A stretch of 64,000 bases of DNA. Source: Podarcis vaucheri. Taxonomy: Eukaryota. The translations under genes and the position numbers were made by a program. How positions within the stretch are numbered: position 1 is the stretch's first letter; every line of letters starts with the position of its first letter. This document shows positions 1-11,498 of this stretch, piece after piece. The DNA lies in NCBI GenBank assembly GCA_965113315.1, contig OZ220365.1. One strand, 5' to 3'. The notes beneath the pieces were generated by a model that worked only from the letters and a program-made list of their open reading frames with translations, did not search any database and was not told where the DNA came from.

Positions 1-964
1 TTGCAGATCAGGTGGCAGATCTGGAGCCTGAGGAGGGCGCTGTGCCCCTGCCTCCACCACTGCCACACCCCTACGGCTGGTGCGTGCTGCTGCAGTGGCT
101 GTCTTTCCTGCTGCTGTTTGTGAAGGCTGCTGTGAAGTGGGTGCACTTAGAGCAAAGGGCCTAACTTGGCAACGATGGCAGCAGTATAGGGCATGCCCAG
201 CAGTGGGGTGTGTGACAGCAGCGTGGCATGTCCATGGAGGAAGAGGAGGGGGCATGGCATGCCCGTGGCAGAGGAGGTTGAGGGGCGGTGGTTGTTTGTT
301 TGGAGGTTTTTTTGCCTCAAGCACCAATACCTCCTGGGTCAGCCCTGACCCCCACAGCTTCTCTGGGGAGAGTCTTGCTACTGTAATAGACTGAACACTT
401 TCCATCTTGATTGTGGAAATACCTACTGATTGAGGAGGATCCACAGAGAATCCACTTCACAATAGATATTCTTTTTGTGCCTACGTTTAAAGAGATGCTT
501 GGGAAGCATCACACAGACAAAATGGATCCCTTCAATTTTCTCTTACCTTATAATAGTTGTGTTTGAGGCTACAGTTGTTACAACAGTACTGTATATTACT
601 TTAATCCTTACATTCTATTCTTAAAGAGGAGGATGAGTTTGATCCTGTCTCTGCCTTTCCCAGAGGCACTACTTTTCATTATGATGGTTTTATTGTGCCC
701 AGACACACACTATTACTTGGCACATTACCATCTAGCTCCATTGCACTTTAAAATTCCTAATATATCTATCAGTTTATCATCACGGTTTACCGGAATGTGT
801 GGATTGAACTCTTAATAACAACCCTCTCCTTTTTTATTTTACACAAAATACAAGATAGTTTCATTATTCTTTGTTTTTGAAGCAATGAGAATTCATGAAA
901 ATCCCGAGACGATATCCAGATCTTTTCACTTCTGCAGTAAATGCTTTTCTGGTTTTTGAAACAG

Positions 965-1427
965 GGTTGCAAAACTGCGAGATGACCTTATGGCCTTAAG
1001 AGCAGAGTGCTCCTCAATCTACAGCAAGGGGAGGACACTGACTACAGAACAGACCAAGATGATGATATCAGGAATAACACAAAGCTTAAACTCAGGATTT
1101 GCACCAAACTTCAGCCCCAGCTTAAACTCTGGACTGAGCCAGGGCTTATCACCCTCCTTGACATCATCGAGTCTAACATCAGGTTTATCATCGGGTCTTT
1201 CTTCAAGAATGACTCCAGCCATCACCCCAGCATACACCCCAGGTTTCCCACCACGGTTAATTCAAAGCTACATAACAGGAGTTGACTCTGGTGCACTGCA
1301 AACACTCAAATTGATGCAGATCCGAAAACCTCTGATGAAATCGGCATTTATCGATCAGAATTTAACAGAGGAGGAAGTCAACATGAAGTTTGTTCAGGAT
1401 CTTCTCAGATGGGTAGATGAAATGCAG
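965..1427 (+). CDS. DST: Dystonin exon, plakin region with Ser/Gly/Thr/Pro-rich linker ([17 protein letters not shown]...DEMQ)
   Basis: acag|G acceptor, CAG|gtaac donor; translation closely matches remembered human DST/BPAG1 (ALRNECSSVYSKGR...[15 protein letters not shown]). Confidence 0.95.
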
Positions 1428-1533
1428 GTAACATCTTTACATGTACATTTTTTAAAAAAAATTCAGACTGTGCCTGATCATTTTCCTCACCCGCTTGAGG
1501 GCTCGACTTTAATTTTCAACTTCTGCTTTCAAG

Positions 1534-1662
1534 GTGCAACTTGATCGAGCTGAATGGGGTTCGGATTTGCCAAGCGTTGAAAGCCATTTAGAAAATCACA
1601 AGAATGTCCACAAAGCTATTGAAGAATTTGAGTCAAGCCTTAAAGAAGCAAAAATCAGTGAG
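1534..1662 (+). CDS. DST: Dystonin exon ([43 protein letters not shown])
   Basis: aag|GTG ... GAG|gtaca; 129 bp, phase 0/0; plakin WGxDLPSVE motif. Confidence 0.95.
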
Positions 1663-1788
1663 GTACAGCTTTGGGGGTGGGGAGTGTTGTGGTTATATTA
1701 AGTGTGCAGGGATTTTGTATATTAAGCAGCATATAAAAATTAGAAATATACCATATACCCCACATATACACATGTGTGCAATGTGCTT

Positions 1789-1793
<5 letters not shown>

Positions 1794-1848
<55 letters not shown>
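1794..1848. repeat. (TA)n microsatellite, resuming at 2101-2120
   Basis: Direct reading. Confidence 0.95.
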
Positions 1849-1851
<3 letters not shown>

Positions 1852-2100
1852 GGTTTTGGTGTCTTCGGGTGTCTTCCCGTGTAAGAGTCGGGGTGTCTGT
1901 GCGACGTTTCGACGAGGTCTCACTCGTCATCTTCAGGCTGGTGCTTTCGGCTTCTTGTTAAGAAGCCGAAAGCACCAGCCTGAAGATGACGAGTGAGACC
2001 TCGTCGAAACGTCGCACAGACACCCCGACTCTTACACGGGAAGACACCCGAAGTCACCAAAACCTGCATTCCTGTACCCGTGAAAATCTACGAAAGCAAA
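1847..2100. mobile_element. Penelope-like element terminal fragment: inverted pseudo-LTR pair plus 31-nt tail, inserted in (TA)n
   Basis: Arms 1847-1956 and 1960-2069 are reverse complements with one mismatch; CpG-rich; hammerhead-like core in each arm; TA repeats on both sides. Confidence 0.7.
1980..2013 (+). ncRNA. Minimal type-I hammerhead-ribozyme-like motif (mirror copy on - strand at 1903-1936)
   Basis: CTGAAGA-T-GACGAG[TGAGAC]CTCGTC-GAAA-CGTC: CUGANGA box, 6-bp stem II, GAAA box; helix I and III support is weak. Confidence 0.55.
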
Positions 2101-2151
2101 TATATATATATATATATATATTTTTTCTTTGAACCAATTTGTTCTTTACAG

Positions 2152-2229
2152 ATCCAGATGACTGCTCCCCTTAAACTCAGCTATGCAGACAAATTGCACA
2201 AACTGGAGAGCCAATATGCAAAACTCTTG
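2152..2229 (+). CDS. DST: Dystonin exon ([26 protein letters not shown])
   Basis: cag|ATC ... TTG|gtaag; 78 bp in frame. Confidence 0.95.
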
Positions 2230-2335
2230 GTAAGATTGCTGATTGGCAGTCCCACCTTTTATTTGGTTGCCACTTTGATGACAAAAGGTTTAAAGTAAAA
2301 AAAAATAATGGATTTCTTTTACTATCTTTTTCAAG

Positions 2336-2497
2336 AACACCTCAAGAAATCAGGAAAGACACCTTGATACCCTTCACAATTTTGTATCTCGCGCTACCAG
2401 AGAACTCATATGGTTGAATGAGAAAGAAGAGGAGGAGGTTGCATATGACTGGAGTGAAAGAAATACAAATATAGCACGGAAAAAGGACTACCATGCA
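2336..2497 (+). CDS. DST: Dystonin exon ([43 protein letters not shown]...DYHA)
   Basis: aag|AAC ... GCA|gtaag; 162 bp; plakin [12 protein letters not shown] motif. Confidence 0.95.
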
Positions 2498-2600
2498 GTA
2501 AGCATTGTTAAAATAGTCAAAAATAAGTATTGAATGTGACCTTTTTTTTTTTTTTAATTTGCTCCTGGCTTCTAAAGCTAATTGTCTTTTTATTTGGAAG

Positions 2601-2705
2601 GAACTGATGAGAGAACTTGATCAGAAGGAAGAAATTATCAAATCTGTTCAGGAAATAGCAGAACAATTGCTATTTGAAAACCACCCTGCAAGGCTAACTA
2701 TTGAG
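2601..2705 (+). CDS. DST: Dystonin exon ([35 protein letters not shown])
   Basis: aag|GAA ... GAG|gtagg; 105 bp. Confidence 0.95.
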
Positions 2706-3005
2706 GTAGGTTGTTAAACATAACTTAGGAATAGAAACAGAGTCTCTCAAGGCTCTTTTTATGGGCTGCTGAAACAGAATATAGACTTGTTTTCTGGGTG
2801 CAGTCTGTAGTCCCCATGCTTCATTTCCAGAAAATGTTCAGTAAAATAAGACTATTTGATTTCACAGTCAGGCTCTACATAGACATGTCATAAACCCACT
2901 GCCCCAATTGTACAACGGGGAGGGGGTTATAGCTTGGTTGGCTTTGCTCTTGTTTTTGATCATGTATTTTGTGCTTTTATATTGAAGGGTGGTATACAGT
3001 GCAAC

Positions 3006-3007
<2 letters not shown>

Positions 3008-3042
<35 letters not shown>
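3008..3042. repeat. (TAA)n microsatellite
   Basis: Direct reading. Confidence 0.95.
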
Positions 3043-3044
<2 letters not shown>

Positions 3045-3916
3045 GGAAAAATGAGAAATTGACAGAAACTGAAACAGACAGATTCATCAATCCCTACATG
3101 CATTTGTTGCAGTGTATTGCAGTTCACAAAAGCTTATGTCAGAACAAATGTGTTTATCTTTAAAGTGCAACAGCATACACTTAATTTTGACATGACATGA
3201 CAATGACATGAAATAAATGGGACCACAACAAAATGTAGCAGTTGTGGAGGGCTGCTGTTCCAAGGGCTGGCCAGCCATACATTCTTGCCAGTTCCAGTGT
3301 TCAGCCAGCCAACCATACCCTGTTGCAAGATACTCCATTTCTTTCCATTCCTTTCCTTCTCCTCCTTGGCCCCATCCCAGATTTCTGTTGTTAATGCTTT
3401 TGTCCATCAGACACTCAGCCTTAGACACTTTACTGAGAGCTATGTTACATCAGTTCCCATTAATATTCCAGTGAGGCTGAGTTTTGTAACCTGCGACAGG
3501 GCAGTGGTTCTGTGTTTTCATTTGACATGGAACTTCTGTTTCATTACATTGCTTCCATTTAAGGTGTGAAGTTCAGGCACTTGCTGTTGCTCATAAACTC
3601 CAGATATTGTTTGGACATTGAATTTATTTCAGACTGGCATCATGTCGTGTGCCTACAATGTGTGACTTGATTCTAGTCCAAAATGCATCTAACGTCCAAA
3701 CAACACCTGGAAATTTATGAGTGCTTCTGTTTTGGTTTTAAAATGCATGCTAACTACCACAGGTGCCTTCAGACTTCCAAATGTGATCACACGGTTGTCA
3801 GTTAGGAAACTAGGATGTGTACAAAGCAGATAGTCATGCAGGGTTTGTGCTCTGAAGCAATAAGGCTTTAATGCAAGAAGATAAGCTCTATGATATTTTC
3901 AGGCTATTAAGCAGTA

Positions 3917-4147
3917 CAGTGGTACCTCGGGTTACATACGCTTCAGGTTACATATACTGAAGGTTACAGACTCCACTAACCCAGAAATAGTGCTTCAGGT
4001 TAAGAACTTTGCTTCAGTATGAGAACAGAAACCGTGCTCCGGCGGCAGGAGGCCCCATTAGCTAAAGTGGTGCTTCAGGTTAAGAACAGTTTCAGGTTAA
4101 GTACAGACCTCCGGAACGAAATAAGTACTTAACCTGAGGTACCGCTG
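3917..4147. mobile_element. Tc1/mariner(pogo/Tigger)-type MITE, family A copy 1
   Basis: TIRs CAGTGGTACCTCGGGTTA / TAACCTGAGGTACCGCTG, TA on both flanks; internal TTCAGGTTAAG repeats; homologous copies at 48754 and 56919. Confidence 0.85.
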
Positions 4148-5112
4148 TACTGTTGGGGCTGATGCTGCAAGGGTTGTTTCTATGTAAATTAATACTAGAT
4201 ATATCCTATTGGTACCTCCTAAAAAGTTTGCATTTATAGACAAATTCAGACAGCATTCAGATGTCACAGTGCACCATCATTTATCTAGAGAAGGAACTAG
4301 CTGGAACAAATCTTGGACCTACACACTTCCTCTTCCACCTCTGTGGAGAGCTATGAGGAGATTGGAAACTTTCACTTTTGATTAACCACAATTTAGTCTG
4401 ATGTCTGAGCCCTAGACGGAAGTTAACTTTTAACTATGGTTTGATGACATAAGGTAGCTTGATGACTCCATGATTTGTGCTCGACTTGTTTCAAACAAGC
4501 CATGGGAAAGGTTAGCTCCAGGTGGAACGATAAGCTGCAAGTAATAAAAAAAAGAAGAGAAAGCTTTCAGAAACCTTCTTGCAGCTACAGCAGAGGTGGA
4601 GAGGTGAGGGGGGAGCGTGCAAGCTTTATTGTGGCTTGTTTTCATAATGCTAAAACAGATCAATTTCACTATCTGTAGGGTATTTAGCAAATTGAGTTGA
4701 AATACGTCTTCTAACAGAGAACAAGGCACCCACTGGTTTCCATGGGAGATGCTTGGGGAGAATTCTAAATCTAAAGTATTTAGAGCAGCCTCTGCTGGCC
4801 AACAGTATTACTGTTCTACCATAGCAGGGATAGAGCAAATACTGCATTCAAGAAATTCAAGTTATAAATAACAGTTATTCTAATAAGTAAATTGTTCAGA
4901 GAGTTTTATTGCTTTTTGTAGAGAAATGCACTTGATCTTTTCAGAGGCTGGTGTGATTTCTTTTCCTACTGTTATAACAAGTCGAAGGCATTTGAGTAGG
5001 AAAATTGGGCAGGGGGGGGGGCTTCAATTCCTCAAATCTCCCCCCTTCCTCATTTGAATTGCTTCTGTTGCACAGCAAAACATGACTTCTTTCCTCTGCC
5101 TGTATCCCTAAG

Positions 5113-5208
5113 GCCTACCGAGCTGCAATGCAAACACAGTGGAGCTGGATTTTGCAGCTTTGCCAATGTGTTGAACAGCATCTGAGAGAAAACACTGCAT
5201 ATTTTGAG
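5113..5208 (+). CDS. DST: Dystonin exon ([32 protein letters not shown])
   Basis: aag|GCC ... GAG|gtacg; 96 bp; plakin AMQTQWSW motif. Confidence 0.95.
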
Positions 5209-6103
5209 GTACGTAACACATGGGTATTATTGTAGAGTAACCACAGATTTAACTCTTAACAGCAGCAAGAAGAAAAGGATTTTTAAATGCTTTTTTATGC
5301 CAAATAATAGCATATTGACCCTCAGTAAATCTAAAGCTGAATTTTCACATTTCACAGGACTTCCTATTTTACGACTGCAGATGTCTGTAAAAAGTGCTGT
5401 TCTGCTTTTATTATGAGTTTTGTTGCATATTTTTTCAGAGTGGATGTGAACTAAAGGGCTTAAGCTACTTTTTTTCACACCAATATTTTCATGTGGTTCA
5501 AATGGGCCAAGAAATTGAGTAACCTTTCCCACTTGGTTTTAGAAGCAATTATTATTTTGCTGCATGTTCTGAATTCTCCATTCAAACAATACAAACCACA
5601 CCACAATCATCAATGAGGAAAAACATCTGTGAGTGGAGGGAGAGGGACAGGAAAGGAAAGAAGAAACTTACCCAGGTTGCACTGGAAAGAAAGTCCTTGT
5701 ACAGGAATTATTATTTTTCCCAACTGCAAAGAAGTAATGCATATACAGCTCATTAAAGGGGTACCCAGTTAACTTCATAAGTATCTAGTAGGCATTGCAG
5801 ACTGTTGTAAGCAGCATGTTTGAAGGCAGAGAGAGTTGTTAACTTTGCAGCCCAGTTGGTAAAGAGGACTGGTGGTTTTATCCCCTTTGGTGCTGGGATA
5901 CCCTGGGGTGAATGGGCTCATTTAGTTTTCTAACTGATTTTAGAAACTTACCGGTATGTCTCCTTCATCTAATAAGAAAGTATACCACACTCTTGGATTA
6001 TCAGCCTGGGCTTCAGACTGCTGTACTGACTACTCTCTTGAGGACAGAGCTTGCAATGGTGTATTTTTTAAATCAAAAGTGGTTGTTGTTTTTTTCATTT
6101 TAG

Positions 6104-6229
6104 TTTTTCAACGATGCCAAAGAGGCCATAGATTACTTGAAGAATTTAAGAGATGCTGTTCATCGAAAATACAGCTGTGATAGGTCCAGCAGTATTCATA
6201 AACTGGAAGATCTGATCCAAGAGTCGATG
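6104..6229 (+). CDS. DST: Dystonin exon ([42 protein letters not shown])
   Basis: tag|TTT ... ATG|gtagg; 126 bp. Confidence 0.95.
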
Positions 6230-7130
6230 GTAGGTATCTTCCATACATACTCGGCTAAAGCCATTTGTGCTCTACTAGCAGAGTACTAAAGGTAGACAGT
6301 TAACCCAAAAGTAAAGGAAATCTCATCACAAATTGTTCTTTCTTAAGGGGAACTAATTTTATCACCATTATTTTCACAATTCTGGCTTCAAAAATAATAA
6401 TTCAAGAAGCTCATTATCTTAAACAATGTCAGTGAATTATATGGATGAGATGTTTCTCATAATTCCAGATGACCGTTTTTGGCAATATTCTGTACCTTTC
6501 TGTTTCCACCACTGAAGAAGAGCAGTAATTGCAGCTCTTGATTGATTTGGGGCTTTTGGACAACCTACAGACTGGCTTTTAGTTTCAACAGATTGCACAG
6601 TGACCACAAGCCAGTAAACTGGTTAGGACATGCCCAGATATAGAAACTATCCTGTTCTTTTTATTATTATTATTAGCAACTGGCTAACAGCCAGGGAACA
6701 TCTTCAGCTTGCAAAGCATGCAGTTACATAAAATAAAAATGTAATCCTCTTCACAAACAGAATCTTAGGTCATGGACATGAATTTTTACCACTGCTTCTC
6801 AATGTGGTTGGTAAGCAGTGCACAGGAATTCAGCTCTGCCCCTCATAGCCCTTACTATTGAAAATGGGACATACATTGCTGCCCCCAATTATTTCGTGGT
6901 GAATTACACAAATGGACCATCGCCATCTAGGGCTGTTGACCTAATAAACAATGGTTGTTAGAGAGTACTAATAGCACCATAGATGCCATTCTGGTTTATG
7001 TGAACAATGCTTTGTACAATATCACAAACAGCAGAAAATATATATTTAAGTTTCAAAGAAGAACACATTTAATTTGCAGCTGCTTCTAATGTTTCCCCTC
7101 CTCTTGTTTTGTTTATAAATTGGCTTTTAG

Positions 7131-7283
7131 GAAGAGAAAGAACAGCTCCTGCAGTACAAGAACACAGTGGCTGGCCTTGTGGGGAGAGCAAAGACAATAG
7201 TTCAGCTGAAGCCGAGGAATCCAGATAATCCACTGAAAACATCCATCCCAATCAAAGCCATCTGTGACTATAGACAAATTGAG
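7131..7283 (+). CDS. DST: Dystonin exon, start of plakin SH3 ([10 protein letters not shown]...[27 protein letters not shown])
   Basis: tag|GAA ... GAG|gttgg; 153 bp; AICDY SH3 motif. Confidence 0.95.
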
Positions 7284-7547
7284 GTTGGAACCTTAGATTT
7301 CTTCAAATCAATTATGGGCAGTTAATGAAGACAGTTAATGGCATGTTCTTGGAATTCTCTTCCCTATCAAACGAAACAAGTCCCTGCCTTCCCAATTGGG
7401 GCTTAAGTTGTTGGGTCCTGCCCCCCACCCCCCAATTTTGCTCCCCTGTCACTTTCCTAGTGGCACATGTTCAAGGGAGTGCACTGTAAGAACAATATAT
7501 GTATATTAGACTCGTTCAGATTTTCTGATCTTTCTGTTGAAAACCAG

Positions 7548-7702
7548 ATAACCATTTACAGAGATGATGAATGTGTGCTGGCAAGCAACTCCCATCGGGC
7601 AAAATGGAAAGTGATTAGTCCAAGCGGTAATGAGGCCATGGTTCCCTCCGTCTGTTTTACTGTTCCTCCACCCAACAAAGAAGCAATAGACACTGCAAAC
7701 AG
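7548..7702 (+). CDS. DST: Dystonin exon, SH3 ([46 protein letters not shown]...)
   Basis: cag|ATA ... AG|gtaag; phase 0/2. Confidence 0.95.
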
Positions 7703-7879
7703 GTAAGTGCTGGCATAGCGTGCACAAAACATGGAAATCCTTATTGATCTTATTTGCCTTCCAGGAGCTTTTATATGCACAGCGTACAGGAAATTTATAA
7801 CATGTACCCTTTCGACTGCCACTTGACAAATCATTAATTTAGACTCGGTCATTCCCCACCCCCTCTTTGTGCATTTCAG

Positions 7880-8006
7880 AATTGAACAGCAATATCAGAA
7901 TGTCCTGGCCCTGTGGCATGAATCACATGTAAACATGAAGAGTGTGGTCTCCTGGCACTATTTGACAAATGAAATTGAAACTGTTCGAGCCAGTAATGTT
8001 GCTTCG
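7880..8006 (+). CDS. DST: Dystonin exon ([28 protein letters not shown]...NVAS)
   Basis: cag|A ... TCG|gtaag; phase 2/0. Confidence 0.95.
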
Positions 8007-8652
8007 GTAAGTTCTGTGCCTGTTCCAGCACTCATAACAAAATATACCTAGCCTAATATTCCATGATTCGGAAGCAGTTATCTGTAGTGGCTAAAGCTGA
8101 GTGTAGCCACGCACAGTTCCTGAATATTTGGTTCTGTAACGTGTCGTATTCCTGTGTTATATCTGTGCAACAACAGTTTGCTGGTTGCATTCAGAAGCTA
8201 TAACCTTCCTTTATGGCATGATTGGCTAAGATTGTGGGAAGCTCCATGTTTTCCATAGTGGGCATCATTGCTGAAGGTATGTCAGTGTTGTATTGGTGTT
8301 TCTTATACTAAGAACTTAAAATATGCATATGTCAATGTCTGTAAACACCCAGAGCATGTTGTGTGGTCTCATTGGAGTGTCCAGGACATTTATGTGGGTT
8401 TTTAACTTGTATGTATTTGAAAGTTGCTCATTGAAATGAGTCATTGCAATTGACTTTTCTTCTAGTTACTAAAGAGCAATTCCTCTACAGGGATCTTCCG
8501 ATGTGCTGCCCTCACAAAGCAACATGTGTATTACCTTTTTGGAACATTAAAATACTGCCTTAAGAAACTGACAAAACAGTATGTGGTTTATAAAATGGTG
8601 CCCAACATTAGAAAGACTTTAATTACCCCTCCTGATTTTTAATATTTCCTAG

Positions 8653-8836
8653 ATAAAGACACTCTTGCCAGGTGAACACCAGCAGGTTTTAAGCAACTTG
8701 CAGTCCCGCTTTGATGACTTCCTTGAAGACAGCCAGGAGTCCAAAGCCTTTTCAGTTGCTGACATTGCTCAGCTGGAAAGGGAGGTGAATGTGTGCAAGC
8801 AGTACTACCAAGAGCTCCTTAAGTCTGCAGAGAGAG
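8653..8836 (+). CDS. DST: Dystonin exon ([30 protein letters not shown]...KSAER)
   Basis: tag|ATA ... G|gtaaa; phase 0/1. Confidence 0.95.
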
Positions 8837-9154
8837 GTAAATATAGCACATCAACTGTGCAGAAGTCTCCCATACAAGATGCTTATGGTATTGACTACCC
8901 TTTCAATGTTACATATGTGAACTATACTGCTGTGGCTCTTTCACAGCGGTGCTCATTTCAGAAACAGAGAGGGAAATAGATACCAGTAGAAGACATGAGT
9001 TGGGAAAGTCCAAAGGCTCATTCTTTTTAACAGTGTCAAATGGAAAAAATGAGCAGCTTGCATGAGTATTTGTTATTTTTTCTACAGTTGCTGCTGCAGT
9101 GTTGTCAAAACAGACACACACTTTGGCATGTATGCTTTTGGCATGAATATGTAG

Positions 9155-9497
9155 TAAAAAGGTAAAAGGACCCCTGACCATTAGGTCCAGTTGTGACCGA
9201 CTCTGGGGTTGCAGTGCTCATCTTGTTTTATTGGCCGAGGGAGCCGGCATACAGCTTCCAGGTCATGTGGCCAGCAGGACTAAGCCGCTTCTGGTGAACC
9301 AGAGCAGCACACGGGAAATGCCGTTTACTTTCCCGCCGGAGCGGTACCTATTTATCTACTTGCACTTTGACGTGCTTTTGAACTGCTAGGTTGGCAGGAG
9401 CAGGGACTGAGCAACGGGAGCTCACCCCGTTGCAGGGATTTGAACTGCCGACCTTCTGATTGGCAAGTCCTAGGCTCTGTGGTTTAACCCACAGCAC
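9155..9497 (-). mobile_element. Sauria SINE (Squam1-type)
   Basis: Reverse complement has a tRNA-like head, the CCTGCCAACCTAGCAGTTC / AGTAGATAAATAGGTACCGC body and an ACCTTT-type tail; homologous to the copy at 18261. Confidence 0.88.
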
Positions 9498-11340
9498 GTA
9501 AGCAGTTACATAGGTCTAACAGTGAGCACTCAGAGCCAATTCAGACATTAAGATGTTGCTTTTCAAATAGCAGAAGAGGAAGTGTGATATTCTGTGTCCT
9601 GCGTCCCACATGGTCAGCTGACTGTAACTCTCTATACTTGTTTTTTGTCTGTATGAAATCAGTGAGCTGTCATTAACACAGATGCTCCTGAGAAAATCAC
9701 TTATAAAACGGGAAGGAAAAAGAAGAGCTGATCTCCCCATGACTCTCCTTCTGTTTGTTTTGTTGTTCATAACACTCAGAACTGATTCAAATATTGAAAT
9801 GCTATATTACAGATAAAAGAACTTGTGCCCTTGCATAATTGCTGAAAATGTAATATGTATTTTACTGGCACACAATCTGAGATCTCAATTGGGTTCCTAA
9901 AATGAGCTGGTAATAATTTGTGTGAGTAAATAGAACAATTATTTTGGCAGGTTGCACAATAAGAGGAAGAACATCTGTTACTGTTACACACAAATGTACA
10001 AGGAACATATTTTTCCTCTCAAAATAAAATACCAGGAGTATCATACCACATCACTTACATTTGTTTACTTACTGTCCTTAAAAAATAAATAAATCTGCAA
10101 GTATGTCATAAATGGACCCTATATCCTTTGGAAAAACAGTATCTGCTTAAAAGAAAGTCTTTGAAGTTCTTCCTTGCTGTTGTAAATAGTCCATCTCCAT
10201 TCTGAAAATATATGATATCACTGAGCCTTAAATGCTTCCATAAAGCTGAATAGATGTATTATATTATGCATTCAGGCTGATGCTGATATAGAAAGGAATG
10301 CAATAGCAGATGAAAGCTGATTAAAGTAAATATATAAGTACGGAGCAGAGATATACTGTGCTTGACTGTGTATCTGGAGAAAATGATAAGGGATTCATTT
10401 CTATAGATTTAATACCATCTTATTATGAAATCATCTCTGGACGAACCATAAACAATCCAATTAATCACTGTGCATACACAAATGGGATGATAATACCTAT
10501 GACTAAAGTGATGTGCATATTAGTTTTTTGGGGGATGCCCATATTTAGACATGATGATGATGATACATGGCAAGCAAGAAGTTGATTTTGTGTCCTGCTG
10601 TTATGATGTTTACATTTCTCCACTTGAGAAGATGCTCAAGGTGACCCCAATTTGTGAACTTCCACATTTCCCCTTGGGGAGAAAATCTGTTTGAAATGGG
10701 GGGGGGCGGTTTGCTAGATTTGTTTATGCTTGTTATTGCAAATGTACAGAGGTACCTTTGAAATATGATTGACTGGGGAAATTGTGAGTCTAAATTAACA
10801 ACAATCTGATCTGAAAATTTTCAAATGCATTCAAACTGGTTATTAAAATATATCTTTTTTGTGGTAAAGAACATTCTTTACTGGCTTTTGACCAATCTGA
10901 ATGGTGAAACTACATAGTGGGCAATATTCTGCCTGTTTAAAATGTATATTATTTTATGGAAAGGTGAGTTTTATATTATTTATTTATTGAATTTATATAC
11001 TGCCCTACACCTGCAGGTCTCACTATAAGTGGAGTGTAAGTTTCAGTTTTTGTATATTTTAATAGTTGTAGCAAACATATTAGCTTTTAAAAAAAGAGAG
11101 ATGGAGAACCATGGAAACAAGAATTTGAAGATATGCTTCCTCTTCTCCCTACATTGTTAGCACATCCCTTTCTCCTCTTGACCACTTTCCATTAATGTTA
11201 ATTGCACATTTCCTTTAGATGAAGCAGAGACACTGCAGACAAGGTTATAGCACTGTGACTTTAGAATATCTGTTGTGTGATGGCAGAAGAACATTAAATA
11301 TACTTGGTTTTACTTGAATTCTTCCATTTCCTTCCAACAG

Positions 11341-11498
11341 AGGAGCATGAAGAATCCATTTACAACCTATACATCTCAGAAGTTCGAAACATGAGACTTC
11401 GTTTGGAGAATTGTGAAGATCGTTTGATTAGGCAGATTCGAACCCCACTGGAGAGAGATGACTTACATGAAAGTGTATTTCGGATCTCTGAACAAGAG
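11341..11498 (+). CDS. DST: Dystonin exon ([40 protein letters not shown]...EQE)
   Basis: cag|AG ... GAG|gtgag; phase 1/0. Confidence 0.95.

Noticed and set aside
1-347. GC-rich segment with a 104-aa ORF ending in ...GGTCAGCCCTG
   Set aside because: Probably the end of a hAT-like non-autonomous repeat cut by the window edge; no coding evidence, and the other terminus is not visible.
1604-2298. ORFs with YIYIYI runs and twin ORFs starting [20 protein letters not shown] on opposite strands
   Set aside because: By-products of the (TA)n tract and the palindrome; not genes.
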